In this document: piece after piece, positions 13,467 to 27,700 of the stretch
Position numbering within the stretch: position 1 is the first letter of the stretch
Layout: the number at the start of each line of letters is the position of its first letter
Origin: the human T2T-CHM13v2.0 reference genome, Homo sapiens
NCBI RefSeq assembly: GCF_009914755.1
Contig: NC_060947.1
Strand: one strand, 5' to 3'
Length of the DNA stretch: 64,000 nucleotides
Position numbers and translations under genes: made by a program
Notes under the pieces: model-generated
The model's database searches: none
What the model saw: only the letters and a program-made list of their open reading frames with translations
What the model was told of the DNA's origin: nothing

Positions 13467-14184
13467 TATTTCCACATCTAATATTCAACCTTACATCTAT
13501 TTGTATGTGTATCAGTTTTATTTTATTAAAACTTTCTAGCCCTAAAATTGAACTTCATTTCCTAAAGTATTTCCTAAATGGAAAAAATGATCTATTTTTT
13601 CTAATTCTAAAAAAAGTAAAACACATAAGAAATGAATGCAAGTATCATAGAAGATATTGCTGTATCAACAAAACAGTAGTGGACACATTGTCATAAAGTC
13701 AGAGGCATTTGTTACTCAAAATGATATTACACATGTAAACACCTATGTTCTTCTGACAAACTGCTAACAAAAAAGAAAAATAACCTTTCGTCAAATTCCC
13801 CATTATGGGTAGATTATCAGAAAACCATGTGTCTGAGTGACAGGCATTCATCCAAGAGCAATGCTATGACTGTTTTTATTTTGTTTATGTAACATTTGTA
13901 CTCAAAATGTTTAATATTTTATATTACACTTTAGGAAAAATTAAAACATACTTTATTTGCTAAAGAAATGAATCATTCTAAATGGATATGTACAAATCAG
14001 AATATTGCAGCTTTAAATTTTATCACTTTTTGTTTCTTAATATGTTTCTATGTTTCTATACCTTCTCCATATCAATAGAAAGTCCTAGTTTATATTCAAT
14101 CCTTTATTCGTAGGTAAATTTGCTACACAAAGGCAAGAGTATGAAAAGAAAGTGTTGTCAGAGAGTGTGATAAGATGTAGGAAG

Positions 14185-14778
14185 TGTCAACACAAAGAGT
14201 CAAACTCTAAAATATTTTAAGAGATTTATTCTGAGCCAAATTATGACTGACCAATGGCCTGTAACACAGGCCTCAGGAGATTGTAAGAACATGTGCCCAA
14301 GGTGGTTAGGCCACAACTTTGTTTTATGCATTTTATGGAGACATAAGGCATCAGTTAATGCATATATGATGTCCACTGGTTCAGTCCAGAAAGCAGAACA
14401 ACTGGGAAGCAGGGGCTTCCAAGTCATGGGAGGATTCAAAGATTTTCTGATTGTGAATTGGTTGAAAGAGTTATTACCAATAGAAAGGAATGTCTGGGTT
14501 GTGATAAGTGGTTGTGGAGACCAAGGTTTTGTCATGCAGATGAAGCCTCCAGGTAGCAGGTCTCAGAGAGAAGAGATTGTAAATGTTTCTTATCAGACGT
14601 AAAGAATCTGTTCTACCAGTAATTCCAAAAGGAAGAAGGGTGTAATTAAGCATGTCCAGCTCCCCCTTCCCATCATGGCCTGACACTAGTTTTTCAGGCT
14701 AACTTTGGAATGCCCTTAGCTGACAGTAAGAGTTTATTTAGATGGTTAAGGGGCTTAGAATTTTATTTTTGTTTTACA
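14185..14778 (-). mobile_element. ERV1 solo LTR, MER4A-like
   Basis: Reverse strand begins tgtaaaacaaaaataaaattctaagcccc...ggcattccaaagttagcctgaaaaactag. TG..CA termini and 4-bp TSD gaag/ggag. Confidence 0.85.
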
Positions 14779-17623
14779 GGAGATAGTATGGAATGGTAAA
14801 GAGGACATGATTAGGTATACAAAGATTTAATTCAGTCAGGCTGTAAGAAAAGCTGTAAGAAGTATCTACCAATCTTTTCTACTCTTCTTTCCACAGAAAA
14901 CTCCCTTCTCATTTGTATGAGAGATAACACCCACTCCACTCACTCCTCACAACTCCCTATTCTTAACAAATTAACTCACATGCAGATCTTATCAAATATT
15001 TAATGGAGAGGTATTTCAGGCTTAAAATAAAATATTTCCCCTAAGCATTTGCCTCATTTATTTATTTTGTATTTGTAGACCCACATGTATTGAGAGCATT
15101 TTTCTTTCAGGCACTGTGTCAGCTATCATGAAAACAAGTAAATTTGTCTTATGCTACAACTAAAGTGTAGACAGGGATCAGTAGGAGAATGGGGCAAAGC
15201 CTAATTACCTAGAGGAGTCAGGAAGGTATTCCCAGATAAAATGAAATTTAAGTTGTGTCTCCTGAACCAAGGAAATCCATTAGGACCTAAAGCATTCTAA
15301 AATTTCCTTAACATATTCACAATACAGAAAGTTGAGGATGGAGACATTTTTGTGTGGGGCAGAAAGTATTTGAAGACAAGGGAAGAGTAATAGCACCCCT
15401 CAAATAATAGCACAAATGTGGCCTTATATTCTGCATACTTGAAAGATGCCCCTTTCTTACGTTATTTTAGGACGCATCTTCAGGAGGCCTGCACAACAGA
15501 GTACACTGTTTTCTGGCTCTGTTCCTTACCTCTCAGATAATTTAAATGGCACAGAGTCAAATGACACAAGAGAAAAATGCCAATTTATATGGATGTGTTA
15601 AACCGTGAGAAGATATAACATAGCTATTTGAGTTGACAGAAAAGCATCAGATAAGCTTCAAGAAAAGTTTAAAGATAGATGAAAGTAAGGCAACTCAGTT
15701 TAGAAAAATATAACCTAAACTATTATATCTATGCTGTCATTTAAGGCCTAGGAACAGGACTCAGGTCACTGTTGACTGTGAATTACTCCAGAAAATGATG
15801 AAAACAAAGGACTTTACTTACTGTGGAATTCTCATACAATACAGTGGGGTTCAGTTACACCTAAACCACACTAAATTTGGCAACTTCTATTGGAGAACTA
15901 AAAACAAAAGGAAAAAGCTAAAAGAAAGGCATATCAAGGAATTCAAAGGATGCTAGATTATTTTTCTATATGAATTCAAACTTAATAAAAGACTAAGAAC
16001 AAAACAGGATTAAAGCTTACTCTTTGACCTTTGAAAGAGATATGATGGTTATGATGAAAATGAAGATGACATCTCCAATTTAGTGAGTGTCAGACACTTG
16101 GTTGTTCAGTTTACATATAACATATATTATCTTCCTTTGGCCTTTCCACATGAAGCAGATATAGTTTATAAATAGTAGAAATGCATTGTATAACCAGTGA
16201 CAACTACGTAAATATGAACCTCCTCTGTTGTATGGTAAATACAAAATATAATAAAAGGTATTCTGTTTCTAACTAAATACCATATTTTTAATGCCTTTAT
16301 AAGATCTGATTTCAGGAACCGCATGTAAATTTATCAGTATTTTAAATTAAAAATAAATTCACTAATATAAGTGTAAAGAAATCAAGTGAGTTTAAATGTC
16401 TCAGATAAAATACATCTTTAATTTTTACTTCAGTATAGCTAATAAACAAATCCAGACATGGCTCTTGTCAGATAGCTTTTTTCCTATTTGATTTTCCTTC
16501 CCTTGTACTTCCTGCACAGCTTTAACATGGCTCCCACAGCCATGCTTTTTCACAATGATACGAAGTGTTGAAATTATCTCTTCTTTTTCAGTGCACAAAA
16601 ATATCATTCTACTGTACAACTTACCACCAAACACTTATTCCCTGCAAGTTTATACTCAGGATAATCAGCTACTGTCTGAAGTCTCAAATTCTAGTGAAAT
16701 GAAACATTTTTGTATTATACACATGCACTTATAATATATTCATTAACATGAATGTGCATTATGATATAGGACATGGGAAATAAGGCATTTACTTGAGGAA
16801 CTGCAAATATTTTACATTTGTTCAACAAACACGTTGAGAATTTACAGTGTGCAAAGTATTGTGGAAGTCTTTCTTCTTTCCTCTTCCCCCAGTAAAAATG
16901 TCCAGCTGTCTCAGCAGGAAAAGAGATTGAGAAGTATAATGAAAGCATACTCTCTGGTCCTTGTCATTACAGCACTTATCCATGAAGTTGCATGCTAGAA
17001 ACAGGGAGTCAGTCTTTGTGAAAATTTTGGTCACCATCGCAGCTTTAGACTAGGCTGAAATAAAGAAAGAGTGTATAGGGTCTAGTCTCTTATCCAAAGC
17101 CAAGAAAATAGTTATTTCAAGTTTTTATTTTTAATAAGTGAAAGCATTTATTTCTGTATCAAACTACATATATGTTTTATTAATAGAGAGTTTAATAGAA
17201 TCATGGGTCTGGATAGCACATATTAGAAGACTTGAATTTTAGTACAGTCATAATAAGTAATTAATTTATAATAAGAGAGGGAAAAAAGGAACTTCAACCC
17301 CAATGCCACAAATAAAATAAAAATTATTTTAAAAAAACTATGAATGCATAGTATAAAATCATGTAGTATATTTACTTAATTGAATACATATCAAAAATTG
17401 TTGCCTGTAAAGATTTTATGCATACATAATTTCACATAATTATATATATTTATATCATTGTATTATAAATATACAAAAATATTCATATAATTATAATTAC
17501 ATATAATTTTTAGAACTAGCTTCCTCTAAACAATAATTGAATTCAGAATAATATAAATCATGTTAAAGAAATATAACATAAATAATTAAAATTATAAGAC
17601 AGCAGTTCAAAAGTTCAAATACC

Positions 17624-17628
<5 letters not shown>

Positions 17629-17664
<36 letters not shown>
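17629..17664. repeat. (TA)n microsatellite, ~18 units
   Basis: Read directly. Confidence 0.95.
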
Positions 17665-17667
<3 letters not shown>

Positions 17668-18239
17668 GCCTTAGGAGATAAAATTATTTTATTCTTCAAT
17701 GAAATAATTCAACTGATAAGTTTAAATCATTGTTAATTAAGACAATATTATATACTTGAAAGTTATATTAATTTTAAGTGTTCGGTTCTAGTTTTATTGT
17801 TCATACACTGAGCCCTCTTGCACACTACCTCAGAAGATGAATATGAGAGAGTCATTGCAAATTTCTTTGAAATTTCTCCCCAGCAAAGACTGATTCAGAA
17901 AGCCACATGGGAGAACCAAAGAAAAGCCAGAGAACACATTCTTTCCTGATCTCTTATATTTGTTCAGAAATACGAAACAACATAAATTGAATTCCAGTTA
18001 TAGGTAAAAATGGGGCCATTTCTAGAAAGATGTCTGTGATGGCTCAGACTAGCTCCAATTATATTGCCTTTCTCATTCAAAAAAATTGATCTCCTATTGG
18101 CTGCAGAGAATAATTTGTCTTTTTTATCTGTGATCAAATGAAGATTCATACCTGGTTTCACCGGGAAGCTTAGGATATTGTTGAAAAAAACATTCTTACA
18201 AGAACTAATTGCACATGACGCTGGAATTAGAATTAATAT

Positions 18240-18350
18240 CTGCTGAGCATTTTACAATTCACAAAGCACATCTATATGTATTATCCTATTTGGTCTCCTA
18301 GCAAACCTGTGAGGAAATATCATTCCCATTTTACAAATAAGGCTCAGAAT
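18240..18350 (-). mobile_element. MIR SINE fragment
   Basis: gcattttacaattcacaaagcac...caaacctgtgagg...cccattttacaaataaggctcaga. Confidence 0.65.
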
Positions 18351-19315
18351 CTCTGCCTCTTATGGCTGAAACTTTTTTTTTCTACAACAATTTGACTTAC
18401 CGTATGAGAGATGCCAAATAATAGTTGCAATGCCATATATTGCACATGAAATGTATATTTTCAGAGAATCTATGAAACATCCAAATGCTGCTATTATTTT
18501 TGATAGCATCTTTCATTTAAAACTCTAATTGTTGACTTCTAATATGAACTGAATTACCCTTTAAGGCAATCACTGCAAATAGAAAGTTCTTCATATACAC
18601 TATTTTCCCAAATTCTTTGTTAAAATCAAAGTACCTTGCAATGAGTTTTACCCTGAGGTTCCAATATTTTAACAATGAAAAGTCTTTTATTAGTCTGGCA
18701 TAGAAAAACATCGAATACATCTGCTTAGGAGGAATGAGAAGTTCTTCCTGCAAGATGAAGGTACTAACTCAGGAAGGGAACTTTGGGAACTCCAAAGCTT
18801 GTTCACTTCCTACTTTATTTTTATCATAAAAATGTGGCATCTTTCCTACTGCTACTATCTAGGTTAGTAGTCAAGGCCTATGTTTTACAATAAATCATTT
18901 TAAGCCATGTTTCATATCCCTTCCTTTGCCTCAGCCACAGAATTCCGAAAAAGCAAAAGTAGAATAATCTCTCTTAGGAGGCTTCTCATTGTACAACTGC
19001 AGTATATCCAATACTGACATTTGGGTTATAAGAATTCTCCTCAGTCTACCAATCCTAAATATACCCTAGTTTAACATACTCATTATGTCCCTTGCCAAAA
19101 AGCAGTTAGAGAGAGATTGAGAGAGATGGACTATGATATTTAAGTATATCACATGCCTTTAAGCTTTTGTATACAATCAAAAACAACTTTAAATTAGAAA
19201 AAGCTTATTATGTCATCAACCTCTCATTTTAACTACCAAGAAATAACTGTGCAATGACCACTGTGAACATGGTCCCATTATATATGTGATGGGGTTTTCA
19301 AAAGCCTGTTTATAG

Positions 19316-19604
<289 letters not shown>

Positions 19605-19915
19605 AACCTTCACAGAATTTCTAATGACAGTACAAATACATTCACACTGTGTCACTAAAGGGAATGAGAATAAAGACTACCATTAATATTTCCTACAAAG
19701 GTTACAAATGGTCAGTCATTGTCAGTCACTTACTTTACTCTCATTTTCTTATGGTCAAGTTAATTTTCTTTCTTTTAAGAAAGGAGTCAAAATTGTAAAG
19801 ATCTTTTTTTGCTTGTATAAACAGTACTTGAATTCAATTCTAATTACTATATTATTAGCATATGATTGGAATAATGGTCCTCCATTTAAATAACAACTTT
19901 TGAAAATGACAGCTA

Positions 19916-22900
19916 AGGAGATCTGGGAAAGATAGCAGATAGGAGACAGGGCTAACATGCAGCTCCCACATGAACAAACAAAGCATCATGTGGAGACATA
20001 CGATGATTTTTCACTCAAAGGACCACTGCAGGAACATATCAGGAAAACCAAAAGAATTCAAGGGTCCTTTGAAAGAAGTGGCACACCACTGCAAATTCCA
20101 CAAAACAGGCAAAAAAAATGTGAGTTCCCAAAGTGTGAGAGGAAGGAAACCTACTTCTGAATACACATCCCCACTGGGGAATCTGAAAATCTAGGTCATG
20201 AGAAAAGGATTTAACCTTACCTAAAGATGAAATGGATATAAAGTTGAGTGAAATATAAAAGTAGAAGTAGCAGCAGGAAGTGCCTTGCCCGCATTCCCAG
20301 TCTCCAGCTTGAGCCCAGATAAGCCAGTCCTAACTCTTATCTCACAGGAGACCTTGGGGAAAGCAGACACTAGAATTAGGGAAGGGTCATGGGGCAAAGG
20401 AAGCTCCCAACTAAACCTGGCAGTAGTTTTGACTGGACACAAATTTTCCTGAGCAGAGTCCAGGGGATGAGCGGGAGCTGCTGCAGATATGAGTGAGTGC
20501 AGTAGCACAGGAGCTGCCAAATGGGCAGGTGGGAAAGAGCGAGATCCAAAAGCCATGTTTGCTGTCTCAGTGGGGTAGATCACGGCCTAGGGTATGGTCT
20601 GAGTGGGGCACTGCAGAAGTGAGACTGACCTCAACAACTGCATGGGAGCTGGGTGAGGTCTCTCACTGCTGACTGTCCCCAACTCCCCTGGCAAACTATA
20701 TCATACAGCAGAGGCAGCCAAGATCCCCTCTGGAACATATCCACATTGGCATGAGAACCACCCCTTATCCTTCACAGTGGCTATGGCAAGCCCCAACCAA
20801 GGAGAGCCCAGATTCACCTAACCCTGCCCCCACCTGAAGGTATGTCTCTACATGCCTTGGTAGCCGAACACAAAACATAGAAACTCTTGGGAGCTTTATG
20901 GCCCTGTCCATCACCTGAGAAACCAAAATACTTACCATGACCATCTTAGAGTTTGTTTAGAGCCCCCTAGTACTACCACAGCTGGTACTCTCTTGAAAGC
21001 ATCACCTCTTGGGTGGAGGCCAACCAACTCATGCCATTACAGCAACCCAGGACAAAATAATCTTGATCCCAGGAAGGAGAAGACAACACCTAATTACACT
21101 GCTTGCAACATCCAGTCTAACCAGAGGCCCTGAGTGTGTACAAAGGACAACTTCACTGCTAGCAGAACCAGCATTCTAGAAAGCCAGGAAACTAAACATA
21201 TCTACAAACAAGAACTCTTACAGAGTCTACTTCACTCCCCTGCCACCTCTACCAGAGCAGGTGCTGGTATCCACTACTGGGAGACCTGAAGACAGATCAC
21301 ATTACAGGACACTTTGCAGACATCTCCCAGCACCAGCCTAGAGGCCTGGTGGCCGCACTGGGTGGCTAGACCCAGAAGAACAATAACAATCACCGCTGTT
21401 CAGCTCTTAGAAAGCCACATCCCTAGGGGAAGGAGGAAAGCACCACATCAAGGAATCACCCCATGAGACAAGATAATCTGAACAGCAAGACTTAAGTTTC
21501 AAGCCTCTCCACTGAAATAGTCTACCCAAATTAGAAGGTACCAGAAAAGTAATCCAGGCAATATGACAAAACAGGGTTCTATAACATGCCCAAAAGATCA
21601 CAACAGCTTGCCAGCAATGTATCCAAACCAAGAAGAAATTTTTGAATTGCCAGATAAACAATTCAGAAGGTGGATTATTAAGCTATTCAAGGAGATACCA
21701 GAGAAAGGTGAAAATCAACTTAAAGAAATTAAAAAACAATGGAGGATATAGATGAAAACTTCTCAAGAGAAATATATATCACAAAGAAGATACAATAACA
21801 ATTTCTGGAAATGAAAGACACACTTAGAGAAATACAAAATGCAGTTGAAAGTTCCAACAATACACTAAAACAAGCAGAAGAAAGAACTTCAGAGCTCAAA
21901 GACAAGGCTTTCAAATTAACCCAATGAGACAAAGACGAAGAAAAAAGAATTTAAAAAAATAAACAAAGCCTCCAAGAAATTTGGGATTATGTTAAATGAC
22001 CAAATGTAAAAATAATTGGTGCTCCTGAGGAAGAAGAGAAATCTGAAAGTCTGGAAAACTTATTTGAGGGAATAATTGAAGAAAGCTTCCCAGACCTTGC
22101 TAGAGATCTAGACGTTCAAATGCAAGAAGCTCAAAGAACACCTTGGAAATTCATCACAAAAAGATCCATGTATTCTTCAGGTTATCGAAAGTCAAAACAA
22201 AGGAAAGAATCTTAAGAACTGTGAGACAAAAGCATCAGATAACCTATTAAGGAAAATCTATCAGATTAATAGCAGACTTCTCAGCAGAAACCTTACAAGC
22301 CAGAAGGGATTGGGGTCCCATTTGTAACTTCCTTAAAGAAAAAAATTGTCAGCCAACAATTTTGTATCCACCAAAACTAAGCCTCATAAATGGAGAGATA
22401 AAGTCTTTTTCAGACAAACAAATGATGAGAGAATTCACCACTACTAAACTAGCACGGCAAGAATTGCTTAAAGGGGTTCTAAATCTTGAAAGAAAATCTC
22501 AAAATACACCAAAATCGAGCCTCCTTACAGCATAAATCTCACAGGGCCCATAAAACAACAACACAATTAAAACAAAATAAAACAAGGTATTAAAGCAATA
22601 ACTAACATGAGGAAAACAACAGTACCTCACATCTCAACACTAACATTGAATGTAAATGGACTAAGTGCTCCACTTAAAATATACATAATGGCAGAATGGA
22701 TAAAAATCCACCAACCAAGTATCTGCTGTCTTCAAGAGACTCAACTACCACCTAAGGACTCATATAAACTTAAGGTAATGGGGTGGAAAAATATATTTCT
22801 TGTGAATGGAAACTAAAAGCAACCAGGAGTAGTTATTCTTATATCAGGCAAAACAGACTTTAAAGCAAAAACAATAAAAAATGAAAAAGAAGAACATCAT

Positions 22901-24179
22901 ATAATGATAAAAAGAAATAGACCAACAAGAAACTATCACAATCTTCAATAAAAATGCACCTAATATTGGAGTACCCAAACTGATAAAACAGCTACTACTA
23001 GACCTAAGAAATGAGATGAATGTCAACACAATAATGGTATGGGACTTTGATACTCTACTGACAGCACTAGATAGGTCATCAAGATAGAAAGTCAAAAAAG
23101 AAACAATGGACTTAAAGTATACCCTAGAACAGATGGACTTAACAGACATTTACAGAACATTCTACCCAACTGCAGAATATAAATTCTTTTCTTCAGCACA
23201 TGGAACATTCTCTAAGATAGAATATATAATTGGCCACAAAACAAGTCTCAATAAATTTAAGAAAATCAAAATTATATCAAGTATCCTCTCAGACCACAGT
23301 GAAACAAAACAGGAAATTAACTCTAAAAGAAACCCTCAAAACTATAAGAATACATGGAAATTAAACAATCTGCTCTTGAATGATCCTTGGGTCAATAATG
23401 AAATCAATATTGAAATTAAAAAATTATTTGACCTGAACAATAACAGTAACAGAACTTATCAAAACCTCTGGGATACAGCAAAAGTGGTGCTAAGAGGAAA
23501 GTTCATAGCATTAAATGCCTACGTCAAAAAGTCTGAAAGAGTGCAAATAGACAATCTAAGGTTGCACCTCAAGGAACTAGAGAAACAAGAACAAACCAAG
23601 TCCAAACCTGGCAGAAGAAAGAAATAACAAAGATCAGAGCAGAACTAAATGAAATTGAAACAAAAACAATAAAAGAGATAAAGGAAACAAAAAACTGGTT
23701 ATCTGAAAAGATAAACAAAGTGGATAGACCACTACTGAGATTAAACAAGAAGAGAGAAGATCCAAACAAGCTCAAACAGAAATGAATCAAGAGATATTAC
23801 AACAGACGCCACAGAAATACAAAACATAATTCAAGGCTACTATGAACACATTTATGTGCACAAACTAGAAATCTAGAGAAGATGGATAAATTCCTGAAAA
23901 TATATAACCCTGCCAGAATAAATCAGGAAGAAATAGAAACTCTGAACAGACCAATAACAAGTAACATGATTGAAATAGTAATTTTAAAATTGCCAACAAA
24001 AAAAGTCCAGGACCAGATGGATTCACAGCTGAATTCTATTAGACATTCAAAGAAGAATTGGTACCAATCTTACTATAACTATTCCAAAAGATAAAGAGGG
24101 AATCCTCCCTAAGTCATTCTGTGAAGTTAGTATCATCCTAATTCTAAAACCAGGGAAAGACACAACAACAACAACAACA

Positions 24180-24232
<53 letters not shown>

Positions 24233-26364
24233 AGACCAATATCCCTGATGAACATAGATGCAAAAATCCTCAAAAAAATACTAGTGAACTGAATTTAGCA
24301 GCATATCAAAAAGATAATACACTTTGATCAAGAGGGTTTTCTACCAGGGATGCAGGGATGGTTTACCTTACACAAGTCAATAAATGAAGTACATCACATA
24401 CAGAATTAAAAACGAAAATCCTATGATCATCTCAGTAGTTGCATAAAAAAGCTTTTGACAAAATCCATCATTTCTTTATGATTAAAACTCTCAGCAAAAT
24501 TGTCACAAAAGGGACATACCTCAATAAAAGCCATCTATGAAAAACTCACAGCCAACATTATACTGAAAGGGAAAAAGATAAAAACATGCCCCCTGAGAAA
24601 TGGAATAAGACAAGGATGCCCACTTTTACCACTTCTATTCAACATAGTACTGGAAGTCCTAGCCAGAGCAATCAGACAAGAAGGTGAATATATGGCATCC
24701 AGATCAGTAACAAGGAAGTCATACTGTCACTGTTTGACAGAAGATATGATTGTATACCTAGAAAACCTTAAAGACTCATCCAAAAAGCTCCTAGATCTGA
24801 TCAATGAATTCAGTAAAGTTTCAGGATACAAAATCAATGTACACAAATCTGTAGCACTGGTATACCCCAAAAACGACCAAGCTAAGAATCAAATAAAGAA
24901 CTCAATTCCTTTTACAAAAGCTGTAAAAAAAAATAAAATACCTAATCAAGGAGGTGAAAGACCTCTATAAGGAAAACTACAAAACCCTGCTGAAAGAAAT
25001 CATTGACAACACAAACAGATCGAAACACATCCCATGCTCATGAATGGGTAGAATCAATATTGTGAAAATCACCATACTGCCAAAAGCAATCTACAGATTC
25101 AATGTAATTCCCATCAAAGAACCATCGCCATTCTTCATAGAACAAGAAAAAAATTCTAAAATTTATACATCTCCCATCTTCTACAAAAATCAACCAAAGA
25201 TGGATCAAAGACTTAAATCTAAGATCTGAAATTATGAACATTCTAGAAGATTACATTGATAAATCTAGACTTTGGCTGAGGCAAAAACTTCATGACCAAA
25301 AACCCAAAAGCTAATGCAGTAAAAACAAAAATAAGTAGATGGGACCTGATGAAACTAAAAAGCTTTTGCACAGCAAAAGAAATAATCAGCAGCAGAGTAA
25401 ACAGACTCCCACAGAAGGGGATATTCACAAACTATGCATCCGACAAAGGACTAATATCCAGAAAGTACAAGGAACTTAAACAAATCAGCAAGAAAAAAAC
25501 AAACAACAAGTAACCCCATCAAAAAGTGGGCAAATAACCTGAATAGACAATTCTCAAAAGAAGATATAAAAAATCCCCAATAAATATATTTAAAAATGTT
25601 CAACATCACTAATTATCAGGGAAATGCAAATTAAAACCACAACGAAATACCACTTTTCAACTTTAAGAATGGCTATAATCGAAAAATAAAAAAATAATAG
25701 ATGCTGACGTGGGGGTGGTGAAAAGGAAACACTTTTACACTGCTGGTGGGAATGTGAACTAATACAACCACTATGGGAAACAGATAGTCCTTAAAGAACT
25801 AAAGATAGAACTACCATTTGATTCAGCAGTCCCACTACTTGGTATCTACCCAGAGGAAAAGAGCTCATTACATGAAAAAGACATTTTCACACACGTTTAT
25901 AGCAACACAATTCACAATTGCAAAAATATGGAAGCAGACCAAATGCCCATCAATAAACGACTGGATAAAGAAAATGTGGTACTTATACACTATGGAATAC
26001 TACTCAGCCATAAAAAGGAATGAAATAATGGCATTTGCAACAACCTGGATGGAGTTGGAGACTATTACTATGAGTGAATTAACTCAGGAATGAAAGCCGA
26101 ATATTTTATGTTCTCACTTACAAGTGGGAGCTAAGCTATGAGGATGCGAAGACATAAGAATGATATAATGGACTTTAGAAACTCAGGGGGAATGGGGGTG
26201 GGGCAAGGATAAAAGACTACACATTGGGTACACTGTACACTGCTTGGGTGATGGATGCTCCAAAATCTCAGAAATTACCGCTAAAGAACTTATCCATGTG
26301 AAAAAAACCACCTGCTCCCCATAAAACTATTAAAATTACTAAAAAAGAAAAACGGGAAAAAAAA
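19916..26364 (+). mobile_element. Full-length decayed L1PB (L1PB2/3-like)
   Basis: Perfect 14-bp TSD gaaaatgacagcta (19902-19915, 26365-26378). Fragmented ORF1 and ORF2 ([25 protein letters not shown]) and an L1PB 3'UTR (ataaaagactacacattgggtac). Confidence 0.95.
24163..24231. repeat. Compound microsatellite (CAA)6(CTA)17 inside L1PB ORF2
   Basis: Counted directly. Confidence 0.95.
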
Positions 26365-27559
26365 GAAAATGACAGCTAGTTTCTCTAACCAGTAGAGTTA
26401 TAAGTGTAATGATCAGATCAGAGATGGAGTGCCAAAAATAGTTTGCATTAATTTTTCAGTGGTCAAACCTCGGTGGAGTAAATATTCATGTAAAAATGGG
26501 GATACCTTCCTAGTGAACAGCCTAACAAAAGATGTAAATTCCCAATTTTTAAGCATTCTGACCTTAATGTGACAAAAGATGTTTTTTAAAATAATAGGCT
26601 AATTACCCAGTATTTTGGAGCAGGCAGATCATTGCCACATAGAATAACACAGTGAGACAATAGAATTAGCAGCCAAAAGATTTTGAAATGATTAATTGTT
26701 AAACAAAGTTCTAGACTACTGTACCGCTACTCAAAGTCTCTGAGGAGTCTGATTTATATAGGAACCTAGCAAGTGTTCCTCAAATTTGAGATGAAATGGT
26801 TGCTGGAACAAAGCTCCCTCTACGTCCTCATGCTAGCTAGAACTACTTTTTTAGTACTGGTACAACACTAACTGCAATACAAGCGTCTCTGCTATAAGCC
26901 ATATATGCATTACTAGGAAAACATCACATCCTGCAAAATTACTCACTAGAAAGAAAAGATGCTATAAGAAAAATAGGTTTAAGCTGACTACTCAAACCCT
27001 ATTCAACACTGTGGAAAGCAAAAAAACAAAAAAAATTTATAAAATTATAGCACTGATTATAAATTGATATGTTAAACTGCTCGTAAACAAAGAACGACAA
27101 CACTATATATAGGATTTTATCTTGAAAGAAAAATGTGAATATAGCTTGAGGGAATAGTACTGGAAACAAAAATAAAATGAACAAAAACTTGGACGAGACA
27201 TACAATAAGCACTTCCAAGACAGAACATAAGCCTGTATCCAGCTTAGAGGAAGATAGTAAGAAGAATGGTCGTTGTGTAAAGTACAGTATTTTTCTATGA
27301 TTTGCCACATTAGGCTGTGTTAATATACTGCAGTTAATCTCCTGATACATGGTGCCACAAAAGGCTAATGATCTAGGAAAAATTGTGCGTGAACCAACAC
27401 AATTTTGGCTATATGACATGCTTTAGCCAAGAAAATATGTTGGTGATAGACTTTTTAACCCTCTCTTTCCCATTACAATGATTGTGGAAAAATGTCTCAA
27501 CACAGAGTTGCTAAAAGGAATCTGGAAGTTCAAGCCAACACATGGAGGATGACTTCTTT

Positions 27560-27700
27560 GTGGAGTTGCCTGAACCTAGAAAAGAATAGGTGTGAGCACA
27601 GAATAAATTTTGTTTGTCTTAAGCTACTGCGATTGATGTGTTTTTATTTGTTTGCTTGTTTTGTTTTACCACAGCATAACCCAGACTTTTCTAACACACA
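27560..27700 (+). mobile_element. Ancient MLT1-type LTR 3' fragment
   Basis: tgtgag..agaataaattttgtttgtcttaagctactg...accacagcataaccc resembles an MLT1 end. Confidence 0.55.

Noticed and set aside
17300-17780. Extremely AT-rich tract as an origin or matrix-attachment element
   Set aside because: Low complexity alone gives no sequence-level support for function.
26999-27419. Two overlapping ~100-aa minus-strand ORFs in unique DNA
   Set aside because: Hydrophobic, T-rich composition typical of chance ORFs, with no recognised homology or convincing splice context.
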